From the NCBI GenBank assembly GCA_900538765.1, contig UQAB01000002.1, positions 82,046 to 146,045 of the forward strand: a DNA stretch of 64,000 bases. The letters run 5' to 3'. The stretch is from an uncultured Azospirillum sp. (GTDB lineage: Bacteria > Pseudomonadota > Alphaproteobacteria > RF32 > CAG-239). The notes beneath the pieces were generated by a model that saw nothing but the letters and a program-made list of their open reading frames with translations, searched no databases and was not told the origin of the DNA. The position numbers were made by a program, and so were the translations under genes. This document shows positions 36,818 to 45,921 of this stretch, piece by piece. How positions within the stretch are numbered: position 1 is the stretch's first letter; each line of letters opens with the position of its first letter.

Positions 36818-38563
36818 ATGACTTACGATTTTATGTTTTCGCGCGCTTTAGAGCTCCACCAGGACGGACGATTTGCCGAGGCGGAACAGCTTTACCGGCA
36901 GATATTGGAAACAGCGCCGAAAAACCCGGACATACTCAATCTTTTGGGATTGGTTGCTCAGGCGCGGGGCGTGCATAACGAAGCCGTCACCCTCTTTTAT
37001 AAAGCGATAAAAATCAGCCCTGACCATGCGCCCTACCGGTTTAACCTCGCCTTGTCGCTGGCTGAATTGGGCAAACCGCATGAGGCGATAGAGGCTTATC
37101 AGAAAATGCTGGCCTTAACCCCGGATGTGAAAGAAGCCTGGTACAATCTGGGACAACTTCACAAAACGCTTGGCAATTTTCAGACTGCTGCATCCTGCTT
37201 CCATAAAGCTGCGGCATTGGATAAAACATACGCCGAACCTTTGGTCGGGCTGGCCTTACTTTCCGACGCCCCGGAAAAGGATTTGAACGCCCTTCTCTTC
37301 CTTTTCCCAGATTGCGCGGAGGCTCATTACCAGCTCAGCGTTATATGCCTGGAACAGAACCGTTATAAAGAAGCCCTTGCCCATGCCCGGTCGGCATTGG
37401 AACTTGCACCGGAATCGACAGACGCCTGCCTTGCCGCAGCTTTTTCCTGTTTGAAGCTAAAAGATGACGCTTCGGCACGGGATTATTTTGCTAAGACCTA
37501 CGCAATCAATCCTAAATCAGTCCCTGCCCTCGCCGGTCTCGCCGCCATTGCCAGCAGGGAGAGAGAATTTGACAAAGCCGAAGCACTGTTTGTCAAAGCC
37601 TTGGAACTTGCACCGAACAACACTGAAGCATTGATAAACTATGCAGACATGCTCTACCAAACCGGACGCCTGCTTGAAGCTGTTGAAACCAGCCGCAAAG
37701 CCGTTCTTCTTGCGCCGGACAACCCTGCCGTCAGCAACAATCTTGGAATCATCTGCAAAGACTTGAAAGACTTTGATGAAGCCTTAGGGCTGTTTTTTAA
37801 CGCCTACAAAAAATCGCCGCAAACAGAAGAATTTTCAGTCAACATTTACGAAACACTCCTGCTTTTACACCGGGAAAAACCGCAGGAAGCTGAACAAATT
37901 GCCGCAAACTGGCTTAAAGACAGCCCAGAAAACATCTTTGCCCAACATCTCTCCGCCGCCTTTAACGGACAATCGGACAATAATGGCGACAGCCTGTTTA
38001 GCCAAAAACTTTTTGACAATTTTGCCTCTTCCTACGAACAAACTCTGAAAAAACTGAATTACCGCCTGCCCGAGATAATAAAGGAATGCATCGGAACGCC
38101 GCGCGGACTGGTTTGGGATTTGGGCTGCGGTACCGGCCTGATTGCCGAACAATTGAAATCTGAAGAAATCAGTTTTATCGGCGTCGACATTTCTGCGGCC
38201 ATGCTTGACATTGCCCGTTCCAAAAATCTGTATAAAGAACTGATAAACAGCGATATTTTTGATTTTCTGAACAATCCGCCCGCCCCACCGCCAGCATTGA
38301 TTATTGCCGCAGACGTTTTCTGCTACATGGGCAGCCTGGAAGGCGTTATCAGCCGTTGCGCCCCCTGCCCTTTGTGCTTTTCCGTTGAAAAAAGCGAAAA
38401 AGACGGCTTCTCGATAACAACTGACGGTCGTTATAAACACAATAAAGACTACGTTAACAACTTGTTAACTAAATCAGGATACGCTGAAATAACCATAAAG
38501 GAAGCCGTCATCCGCCTTGAAGACGGCAAGCCTGTCGCCGGGTTTGTTTTCATGGCCCGCTGA
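36818..38563 (+). CDS. TPR-repeat protein fused to a class I SAM-dependent methyltransferase domain
   Basis: About 10 TPR units (AE.LYRQIL, A..YQKML, etc.). C-terminal motif I VWDLGCGTGL. ATG at 36818. Confidence 0.8.
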   Translation: MTYDFMFSRALELHQDGRFAEAEQLYRQILETAPKNPDILNLLGLVAQARGVHNEAVTLFYKAIKISPDHAPYRFNLALSLAELGKPHEAIEAYQKMLALTPDVKEAWYNLGQLHKTLGNFQTAASCFHKAAALDKTYAEPLVGLALLSDAPEKDLNALLFLFPDCAEAHYQLSVICLEQNRYKEALAHARSALELAPESTDACLAAAFSCLKLKDDASARDYFAKTYAINPKSVPALAGLAAIASREREFDKAEALFVKALELAPNNTEALINYADMLYQTGRLLEAVETSRKAVLLAPDNPAVSNNLGIICKDLKDFDEALGLFFNAYKKSPQTEEFSVNIYETLLLLHREKPQEAEQIAANWLKDSPENIFAQHLSAAFNGQSDNNGDSLFSQKLFDNFASSYEQTLKKLNYRLPEIIKECIGTPRGLVWDLGCGTGLIAEQLKSEEISFIGVDISAAMLDIARSKNLYKELINSDIFDFLNNPPAPPPALIIAADVFCYMGSLEGVISRCAPCPLCFSVEKSEKDGFSITTDGRYKHNKDYVNNLLTKSGYAEITIKEAVIRLEDGKPVAGFVFMAR

Positions 38564-38597
38564 CTTTCTCCACTAAAAAAACATCAGGAGGAATCCC

Positions 38598-39248
38598 ATG
38601 ACTGATGAAATAATTGATATCTATGATGAAAACATGAATCCTATCGGAACAGCCACTAAAGCGCAGGCACACCGCGAAGGTTTGTGGCACAAGGCTTTCC
38701 GTTGCTGGATAATAAAACCGCTGCCGGAAAACAAGTGCAAAGTCTGGATGCAGCTCCGTAGCTCAAACAAACGCCTTTATCCCAACCTCTTGGCCACTTC
38801 TGCCGCCGGACACTTAAAAAGCGGCGAACAAAACCGTGATGGCATCCGGGAAATCGAGGAAGAACTCGGGCTGAAAATTCCCCGTGAAAATCTGGTCAAA
38901 CTTTTTACCTCAAAGCGTTACTACCATGATGACAATATGATTGACAACGAATTTAATCCCACCTACCTTTGTGAAGTAGACAAGGATTTCTCGGAACTGA
39001 CACTCCAGCCGAACGAAGTTGACGGCATTTTTGAATTTGATTTGGAAGACCTGATTAACCTCTTCAACAAAAAAATAGATAAAATCTTTTCTTCAGGATT
39101 GGTCAAAACCGCAGATAACAAAAGCGAATTCAAAACCGGATATTTCTGGCGCAAAGATTTTGTTCCGCATGATGATGGATATTACCCCAAAGTGTTCAAT
39201 ACCATAAAGAGATATCGCGAAGGGCTGTCCCCTGAAGCCGCAGAATAA
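38598..39248 (+). CDS. NUDIX hydrolase
   Basis: Nudix box GHLKSGEQNRDGIREIEEELGL. Confidence 0.8.
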   Translation: MTDEIIDIYDENMNPIGTATKAQAHREGLWHKAFRCWIIKPLPENKCKVWMQLRSSNKRLYPNLLATSAAGHLKSGEQNRDGIREIEEELGLKIPRENLVKLFTSKRYYHDDNMIDNEFNPTYLCEVDKDFSELTLQPNEVDGIFEFDLEDLINLFNKKIDKIFSSGLVKTADNKSEFKTGYFWRKDFVPHDDGYYPKVFNTIKRYREGLSPEAAE

Positions 39249-39278
39249 AAAAAAGCGCTTAAACAAGCGCTTTTTTTT
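39247..39278. terminator. Bidirectional terminator
   Basis: AAGCGCTT-AAAC-AAGCGCTT hairpin with an A-run before and T8 after, between convergent genes. Confidence 0.75.
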
Positions 39279-39295
39279 GCAGTTTGCCAAAATTC

Positions 39296-39841
39296 CTATC
39301 GGATAATATCCAGAAGCTGCTGATAAATAATCTGAATTTCGCTGTCATTGGCATCAGCAACGGAACGGCGCATTGCTGTTTTAATAAATTCCCGAGCCAG
39401 CCCCTCTTCCGTTTTGCGATGCTTTTGATAATAAACAGCCTGTACGGCACTTTCCAGCTTGTCTATATTTTTCACAAACCGTGCTTCCGGCGTTTCGCCG
39501 TCTTCATATTCCCGAAACCAGCGAACAATATCGGGAAAATTTATCTCTTCGGCAATCCGCGCCATAGCCGCCGCCTCGTTGTTGGCCTTTTCTTCCTCAC
39601 TGATACCGTCATAAGGCGTGATATCCCCGACATAAACTTCTGCCAAATCATGAACAATCGCCATTTTCATACAACGTCCGAAATCCAGCCCCTCCGGCGC
39701 CAACAGCAAAGCCAGCAAACTGATGCCGAAACAATGGTCGGCAACGGATTCCGGATTTTCAATATTCTTCCGAATCCACCCCGTTCTTTTCAGCTCTTTA
39801 AATTTTCCAAGAATCTCAATTATATTGTCAATATTCTGCAT
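39296..39841 (-). CDS. HD-domain 5'-deoxynucleotidase (YfbR-like)
   Basis: 181 aa from M33 of the ORF (the upstream extension overlaps the DUF4236 gene). Motifs RTGW, ESVADH, VHDLAEVYVGD. Confidence 0.75.
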   Translation of the reverse strand: MQNIDNIIEILGKFKELKRTGWIRKNIENPESVADHCFGISLLALLLAPEGLDFGRCMKMAIVHDLAEVYVGDITPYDGISEEEKANNEAAAMARIAEEINFPDIVRWFREYEDGETPEARFVKNIDKLESAVQAVYYQKHRKTEEGLAREFIKTAMRRSVADANDSEIQIIYQQLLDIIR

Positions 39842-39849
39842 TCCGCCAC

Positions 39850-40113
39850 TCACAAATTTATACTGATAACGCCGCTTTTCAGGGCATAATACGCCGCAAA
39901 CACAATAACGGCAACAATAACAAGGACAATCCCCCATCCAGCAGACAGGCTTCTGCGGTAATAAAGACCACCACGCCCGGCATGGACATAATTTCCCTTT
40001 GGCCCGCTGCCAAAACGCAGCCCCTTGCCGCCGATGGAAACGCCGACACCGGACTTTGACAAATTAACCCGTACCGGACCAATATTAAAGCCTTTTTTCA
40101 GATAAAACCCCAT
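39850..40113 (-). CDS. DUF4236-domain protein with C-terminal TM helix
   Basis: N-terminus GFNIGPVRVNLSKSGVGVSIGGKGLRFG matches the DUF4236 pattern as I remember it. TM segment GWGIVLVIVAVIVFAAYYAL. Confidence 0.6.
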   Translation of the reverse strand: MGFYLKKGFNIGPVRVNLSKSGVGVSIGGKGLRFGSGPKGNYVHAGRGGLYYRRSLSAGWGIVLVIVAVIVFAAYYALKSGVISINL

Positions 40114-40125
40114 TTTATAGCCTCT

Positions 40126-43100
40126 TTACAAATTATAACTAGCCCCCAGTCCCAAAGAAGAAGCATCATAATCGCTGCCAAAAGTATAATTAGCCCAGCC
40201 ATATGCCGACAATTTGTCGGAAAAACCATAGCGTCCGCCAATTTCTATCCGTCCCAACGTCTGATTTTTAAGAGCATTCACATTCCGCAAACCGGTAACT
40301 TTTACATCACCACCATCACTAAACGTTTGAATCACAAGAGGTCTGACATAAATATTAGCATAACCACCATCTACGTCAATTTTTTTGGTCAGTCTGACAC
40401 CAAATTCAGCTTCCAACTGACGCAAAGAAGCATACTTGGCAATTTTGCCGGCATTGTCACGAGCATCGTCATAATTAACATCAGTGTAAAAAAGTCCAGC
40501 ACTCGGCGTAACATAAAGAGACTTAGTCAAAGCATAATCATACCCTAATTCAACACTTCCACCAAACTCTGTACCCTCTGTATCTGATGTAATACCGTCT
40601 TTCGTCTTCAAATCAACTTTCTGTATACCGCCATACAACGTAGCAAAGGCCCACCAGTTTCTGCTGTTATGACGATAATACAAACCACCAAGATAGCTGT
40701 CGATATCAATTTCAGATCCCATCATTGAATAATAGTGCTCACCATTACCACTCATATCATAATTACCTTTACGATATGAAACAAACAGCCCAAGCTTATT
40801 ATACAAATCATGTTGCATGGTAGCTCCGGCCTCAAATCCCCAAACGTCAGCATCAATATCAACTTCATCCTTGCTCTTTGACGAATGGTAAACAGCATTA
40901 GCCCACATAGCATTAAATGGCTCTCCGTCCCATGAATAATCATAGAAACCGCATCCCGGACAATAAAGACGACTTCCCTGAACCTGACGATCAACATTAC
41001 CAATCATTCCTCTGGTCTGTTCCAAAGCCGCTACAGGCAAAGCCTGATAAGCCACAACTTCCGGCGCAACCATGCTGCGCCCTGTTACTTTGCCCAAAAC
41101 AGGCTTATCCGGAACACCGGGAACCTCAGGGACATCTGGAACATCTGGAACATCCGGATCAACATTTTTATCTGGATTATCAACATCGTTCATAACCAAA
41201 TCCCAGCGATTCGCATTATTTCCGACAGATGTATAGTTAACTTCGTACAAATAAGGGCTTCGGTAAACACGGGAAACAACAAATGACCCCTCATTTCCGG
41301 TAGTATCGTTTTCTGATTGGGCAAACAAAATCCCTCCCTTACCACGGATATCTGTATCCGAAGAAGAATGGACAATCATTTTGGTAACCCCTTCAACATT
41401 ACCGGCAATATGTAATTCATCGGCCGTCATATTATCGGGATTAACATCAACATGCAGAAAACTGTCTGTTGCCGAATAACCTCTCAGCCTGACTGTATCA
41501 CGATAACCGTTCGCAATATTAAATATGGCGTTATTCAAAGATAACGAAGTCACTGCCGCCGCATCTCGATCAGCACTGCCGTCTGCATTCAGCGACGCAA
41601 CAAATGCTCCTTTTCCGTCCCAATTCTGAGCAGTCTTATCATCATGTTGATAATCACCGAATTTTAACGTTGTTCCGCTGACAGCCACAGATCCCGCATT
41701 CACGATGTCCGCATTTACAGCAACATATTGCGAGGTAGTGCCAGCATCTGCATCAACGATATCATCACCTGTAAAATTATACTTACCATTCTCCAAATTA
41801 TCATTGATCACCCATGCGCCGCCACCTGAAGTTTCGAAAGTAAATACAGATGTATCCGTACCATAAACAGCATTGTAAATTTTTCCGCGACCGGCATCCT
41901 GCGTATGGTTTCCGGACATAAAATGCGTATCGGCGTTCGAAGAAAACGTCATATTACTGCGAGTATACACGGCACCACCGTTTTCTGTGGCTGAATTGTT
42001 GATAAAATCTCCGGTAATAAGACCAACTGTCTTATTAAGCTCATTATAAATAGCGCCCCCGTTTTTTCCTGCCGAATTTCCAATAAAATCCCCGGTAATA
42101 CGTCCTATTTCCTTATGATTTTTAATCGCGCCGCCATTGCCCAAGGTAGCATTTCCGATAAAGTTTCCGTTAACTTCTCCTATTATTCCCATGCCGCCAT
42201 TATTAATTGCGCCAGCACCATAATCACTGACATTGCTATTGGCTTTATTAGCAATAAAATCCCCGGTTATTTTATCAATTGTTCCCTCATTCAAAATTGC
42301 TCCAGCTGCGATTCCTGCTGAATTTCCTATAAAATTCCCAGTAATATTGCCAATTTTTCCATAGTGATAATTATAAAGAGCTCCACCATTCACTTCTGCT
42401 GAATTTCCAATAAAATCTCCGGTAATATTACCGAGAGTTTTGCTGTTGCCATTATAAACAGCTCCGCCTGTGCCATTTTTGCCGTTTGCATGATTTCCAA
42501 CAAAATCCCCAGTAATGTTGCCCATAATACCATTATTGCTGACCGCCCCGCCATTGGTAACAGCCGTGTTGGCAACAAAATCACCGGAAACTTCTCCTAC
42601 TGTTCCTTCATTGTAAATAGCGCCGCCCGAACCGTCTCCAGGCTCCTGCCCCGCGGCATTGCCTATAAAATTAGCCGTAATATTGCCAATTTCCGAATTT
42701 TTGTAATTGTAAATAGCACCACCGTTTCCCTTTTGCCCAGCACGAGCCAATCCAGTGTAGTTGCCAACAAAATCCCCTTGAATATCACCAATTGTCGCCG
42801 CATTATAAATAGCTCCGCCGCCATTAGGCGCATAGTCAAATACAAAACTTCCCGAAACGCTGTCTATCGTGTTTCTGCTGTTATTAATTCCACCACCGCT
42901 TGAAAAGCCTTTTTTTATGTTAACAAAATCCGCATTGACATCTCCTGATAAAGATGTCTGGCTGGAAGTATATTTAGTCCGGCTGGGATTGTCTGTAAAA
43001 GTATACTTAAAATATTGCGTATTACCATTAGGCAGTTCAATTTTTACAGTATCTGTCCCTTCGGCAGAAACTTTTTCCCACGAAATATTTTCCGCTGTTG

Positions 43101-43575
43101 AAAACTTATTTTGCAACATTGATATTTTGTAATACCGGTTATTAAGTTTTCCTTCAGCATCCGTCTCCTGAACTATAAAATCATAATCATCCTTAGATCC
43201 TTCCAAGTATACAAAAGCGCTGGAAGGAATAGACACCGTATCAAAACTGTATGTTTTTCCGCCATACTCAAACAAACCGTCAGCTTTTTCAACCAAGATG
43301 CCGGCAGAAGTTCCTGCCAGAACAGTCAACAACTCAGCATCACTGTCTTTAGGCGTGAAGTAATAACCTTTATCGCCAATTGTAACTTTCACAGCACCGT
43401 CCGGCAAATCACCGCTTAATTCTGTCAAGCTATATGCTTCGCTTATACCTGGCAATACAGACGAAGCTTCCGCCTTCAAACTATCTAACGTAGGAGCTAT
43501 AGGCAAAGCAGTTGCCGGCATGCCTAAAAATGTGGTTGCCATTAATGTTATTGTCCAAGAAAACTGTTTAGTCAT
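40126..43575 (-). CDS. Autotransporter (type Va) with Pmp-type GGA(I/V/L)-FxxN repeat passenger
   Basis: 1149 aa. Signal peptide, about 12 repeat units, PDVPDVPDVPEVPGVP linker, C-terminal beta-barrel ending in aromatic-rich strands (...LGLGASYNL). Confidence 0.85.
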   Translation of the reverse strand: MTKQFSWTITLMATTFLGMPATALPIAPTLDSLKAEASSVLPGISEAYSLTELSGDLPDGAVKVTIGDKGYYFTPKDSDAELLTVLAGTSAGILVEKADGLFEYGGKTYSFDTVSIPSSAFVYLEGSKDDYDFIVQETDAEGKLNNRYYKISMLQNKFSTAENISWEKVSAEGTDTVKIELPNGNTQYFKYTFTDNPSRTKYTSSQTSLSGDVNADFVNIKKGFSSGGGINNSRNTIDSVSGSFVFDYAPNGGGAIYNAATIGDIQGDFVGNYTGLARAGQKGNGGAIYNYKNSEIGNITANFIGNAAGQEPGDGSGGAIYNEGTVGEVSGDFVANTAVTNGGAVSNNGIMGNITGDFVGNHANGKNGTGGAVYNGNSKTLGNITGDFIGNSAEVNGGALYNYHYGKIGNITGNFIGNSAGIAAGAILNEGTIDKITGDFIANKANSNVSDYGAGAINNGGMGIIGEVNGNFIGNATLGNGGAIKNHKEIGRITGDFIGNSAGKNGGAIYNELNKTVGLITGDFINNSATENGGAVYTRSNMTFSSNADTHFMSGNHTQDAGRGKIYNAVYGTDTSVFTFETSGGGAWVINDNLENGKYNFTGDDIVDADAGTTSQYVAVNADIVNAGSVAVSGTTLKFGDYQHDDKTAQNWDGKGAFVASLNADGSADRDAAAVTSLSLNNAIFNIANGYRDTVRLRGYSATDSFLHVDVNPDNMTADELHIAGNVEGVTKMIVHSSSDTDIRGKGGILFAQSENDTTGNEGSFVVSRVYRSPYLYEVNYTSVGNNANRWDLVMNDVDNPDKNVDPDVPDVPDVPEVPGVPDKPVLGKVTGRSMVAPEVVAYQALPVAALEQTRGMIGNVDRQVQGSRLYCPGCGFYDYSWDGEPFNAMWANAVYHSSKSKDEVDIDADVWGFEAGATMQHDLYNKLGLFVSYRKGNYDMSGNGEHYYSMMGSEIDIDSYLGGLYYRHNSRNWWAFATLYGGIQKVDLKTKDGITSDTEGTEFGGSVELGYDYALTKSLYVTPSAGLFYTDVNYDDARDNAGKIAKYASLRQLEAEFGVRLTKKIDVDGGYANIYVRPLVIQTFSDGGDVKVTGLRNVNALKNQTLGRIEIGGRYGFSDKLSAYGWANYTFGSDYDASSLGLGASYNL
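41962..42945 (-). repeat. Coding tandem repeats (about 27-33 aa units: I-G-x-I-T-G-D-F-I-G-N-S-A-...-N-G-G-A-I-Y-N)
   Basis: 12 GGA(I/V/L)xN-type units counted between residues 211 and 538 of the autotransporter. Confidence 0.7.
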
Positions 43576-43986
43576 CTGCTCTACTCTTTATATTTGTCTA
43601 ACACATACTATATTAAAATACCTATATTTAAATGATTGAAAAAGTACAATAACAGGATAAAAAAATCAACAAAATATTTACAGCATTAAACGTCAAAAAC
43701 ATCAATATTTTCTAGAAATTTTAAACGGCTCCTCCAAAAAACAAAAAACAGGAAATTTACTCAAATTTCCAATTTTATCTGTTTTTATTTCAACTTATTT
43801 TTTATTTTTGCAACATCACTGTTAAATTCTATCTCTGAATTTCTGCAAACCCTGTTTGATATTAAAAACATTAACAATCTATAAAAACACAAAAAAAAGC
43901 CATCTGATGTATCACCCTTATGAACTTTTGTTTTTTTCGATAAAAACAGGCTCATTTGTGATGATAAATCAAATGGCTATTTTTAA

Positions 43987-44074
43987 TGGCGGAGAGTACA
44001 GGACTCGAACCTGTGCATCGTTATTCACGATGACGGATTAGCAATCCGCTGCATTACCACTCTGCCAACTCTCC
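43987..44074 (-). tRNA. tRNA-Ser (anticodon GCT)
   Basis: Reverse strand: acceptor GGAGAGT/ACTCTCC, anticodon loop TTGCTAA, long variable arm CATCGTGAATAACGATG, T-loop TTCGAGT, CCA encoded. 88 nt. Confidence 0.95.
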
Positions 44075-44235
44075 ATCAGTACCGTGGTACGCAGATATAT
44101 TTATATGATGTTTCTCTCAACGTCAATATAAAAATTAAAAATAATCCATATTATTTTTAATTTGACATTTTAAAGACATAATTTTACACTTTGTCTATCG
44201 TTTTTATTATTATAACACTATAAATTTTATGCTTT

Positions 44236-44490
44236 ATGAAAAAGTTCTTATTATTAGTTTGCGGAGCTTTTATGTTATCATGCTTTAGCTCCTGCGGAAT
44301 TTGGGAACTCAGCCGGCCGCCGTCATATCGTTGCAGTTATGCCGTACCGCCGCCGCCACAAACTCCCCCGCCGCCTTACTATCGTCCGGCACCGCCCCCT
44401 CCGCCTGAAAAAAAGCCCAATAAGCACAGGCCGAAACAAAAAAAACCGGACAGAGAACCCCGGCGTGCTTACCCGCTCCGACCGTTGTAA
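44236..44490 (+). CDS. Small proline-rich lipoprotein/secreted peptide
   Basis: 84 aa with a signal sequence and Cys (FMLSCFSSC). Then PPPPQTPPPPYYRPAPPPPPEKKP and a basic tail. Terminator follows. Confidence 0.45.
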   Translation: MKKFLLLVCGAFMLSCFSSCGIWELSRPPSYRCSYAVPPPPQTPPPPYYRPAPPPPPEKKPNKHRPKQKKPDREPRRAYPLRPL

Positions 44491-44497
44491 TCAAAGA

Positions 44498-44530
44498 AAA
44501 TCCCTAAAGTCTTTCCGGCCTTAGGGATTT
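44498..44530. terminator. Bidirectional terminator
   Basis: Stem AAATCCCTAA/TTAGGGATTT followed by a T-run. Lies between the Pro-rich ORF and the convergent ZIP gene. Confidence 0.7.
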
Positions 44531-44533
44531 TTT

Positions 44534-45310
44534 CTATTCCAAAACAATAGAGAGATAAGCCATCACCACAAAACCGAGAAACACGGCTGCGGCAGATTTC
44601 TGGCTTTTCTTAGTGCTATATGTTTCCGGCAAAATCTCATTAATAATAACAAACAGCAACGTCCCACCGGCCAAAGCCATACCAACAGGTACAATCTTCT
44701 CGTTCATCTCCATAATCGAAATACCGATAAGCGCGCCAATCGGCTGTACCAGTCCGGTACAACTGGCATAAAATGCCGCTTTCAAACGGGAATACCCTGC
44801 CCCGACCAATGAAATCGCCACGGTCAGCCCCTCAGGAATATTCTGCAAAGCAATACCGACAACCAAGCTGAGCGGATTATAAAGTTCATCCCCGCTGTAT
44901 GCCACACCGACCGCCAACCCTTCCGGCAGTTTGTGAATGCTGATGGCAATAATAAACAGCCAACAGGAACGCAGACTGATATTAGGCCCGTGATGTCCGG
45001 CGGAATTATGCTCATGCGGCAATAATGCATTCAGCAGCCACACAAGAACAACGCCGGAAAACAAAGCGCCGACAAACCAATACCCGGCCACATGCCTGTC
45101 CGGCACAAAACGGAGAATCCCCTCAAGCGATGGGCTGAGCAGCGAAAAGAAAGACGCCGCCAGCATAATTCCTGCCGCAATATTCAACATCACATTGATA
45201 TATTCCCGGGAATATTTTTTCTTCAAAAAAATCATAAAACCACCGACACCGGTAATCAATCCGGCAATCAGCGCCGCCGTAAATCCCTGAATAAAAACGT
45301 CATTAACCAT
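44534..45310 (-). CDS. zupT: ZIP-family divalent metal (zinc) transporter
   Basis: 258 aa, 8 TM. HKLPEGLAVG and QNIPEGL motifs. Confidence 0.85.
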   Translation of the reverse strand: MVNDVFIQGFTAALIAGLITGVGGFMIFLKKKYSREYINVMLNIAAGIMLAASFFSLLSPSLEGILRFVPDRHVAGYWFVGALFSGVVLVWLLNALLPHEHNSAGHHGPNISLRSCWLFIIAISIHKLPEGLAVGVAYSGDELYNPLSLVVGIALQNIPEGLTVAISLVGAGYSRLKAAFYASCTGLVQPIGALIGISIMEMNEKIVPVGMALAGGTLLFVIINEILPETYSTKKSQKSAAAVFLGFVVMAYLSIVLE

Positions 45311-45344
45311 TTTGCTTTATCCTCCGATATTTTCCATATACTGC

Positions 45345-45911
45345 TCACAACCCCCTGTCACGGACTTTTCGCATAATCCGTCCATAATAGGGAACCATAT
45401 GTTTTTCAAGACACCTTTCGGGAATTTCCTCAAGCTTTATCCATGCCACGCCGGAATTTTCATCCGGCTTAATTCTGAGCGGAACAGTTTCATCCGCTTC
45501 AAAAAGATAAACCACATTATAATGCAAATGCCGTGGCACAAACTTGCCTTTTTTGACATGATTGCTGACCGACAGAACATTAATATCAAGCGGCATATTC
45601 AACAGCGGACGAACATTCTCAACTCCCGTTTCTTCCTGCGTTTCCTTAACCGCCACAAACTGCAAATTCTGCACGCCATCAGCATGCCCGCCGATCCATG
45701 CCCAGGAATTAAACATATTGTGAAAAATCATCAGCACTTTATCCCGCGCCGGATTGACAACCCAGGCCGACGCGCTGAAATGTCCCGGCAGATTCTCTCG
45801 GGCAAAAGCCTTATCGCCAAAAGCGTCGATAAACTGCAGAAAAGAAGCCTTCTCCGCCGCTTCAATATCATCTTCCGGCTGATAATCGCTGATGATTTGC
45901 TTCCAATCCAT
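45345..45911 (-). CDS. NUDIX hydrolase
   Basis: 188 aa from the ATG at 45911 (the longer ORF overlaps the upstream kinase gene). Nudix box GGHADGVQNLQFVAVKETQEETGV. Confidence 0.75.
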   Translation of the reverse strand: MDWKQIISDYQPEDDIEAAEKASFLQFIDAFGDKAFARENLPGHFSASAWVVNPARDKVLMIFHNMFNSWAWIGGHADGVQNLQFVAVKETQEETGVENVRPLLNMPLDINVLSVSNHVKKGKFVPRHLHYNVVYLFEADETVPLRIKPDENSGVAWIKLEEIPERCLEKHMVPYYGRIMRKVRDRGL

Positions 45912-45921
45912 ATATTTTTCC

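Noticed and set aside
41104-41163. 9-nt tandem units encoding (P)DVP/EVP/GVP in the autotransporter linker, considered as a phase-variation (slipped-strand) switch.
   Set aside because: The units are in-frame multiples of three, there are only about three near-identical copies, and copy change would alter linker length rather than switch expression.
43856-44041. 61-aa ORF overlapping tRNA-Ser(GCT). Similar cases are 5969-6166 and 56127-56384, which overlap the other tRNAs.
   Set aside because: They read through tRNA genes or their flanks, so they are spurious.
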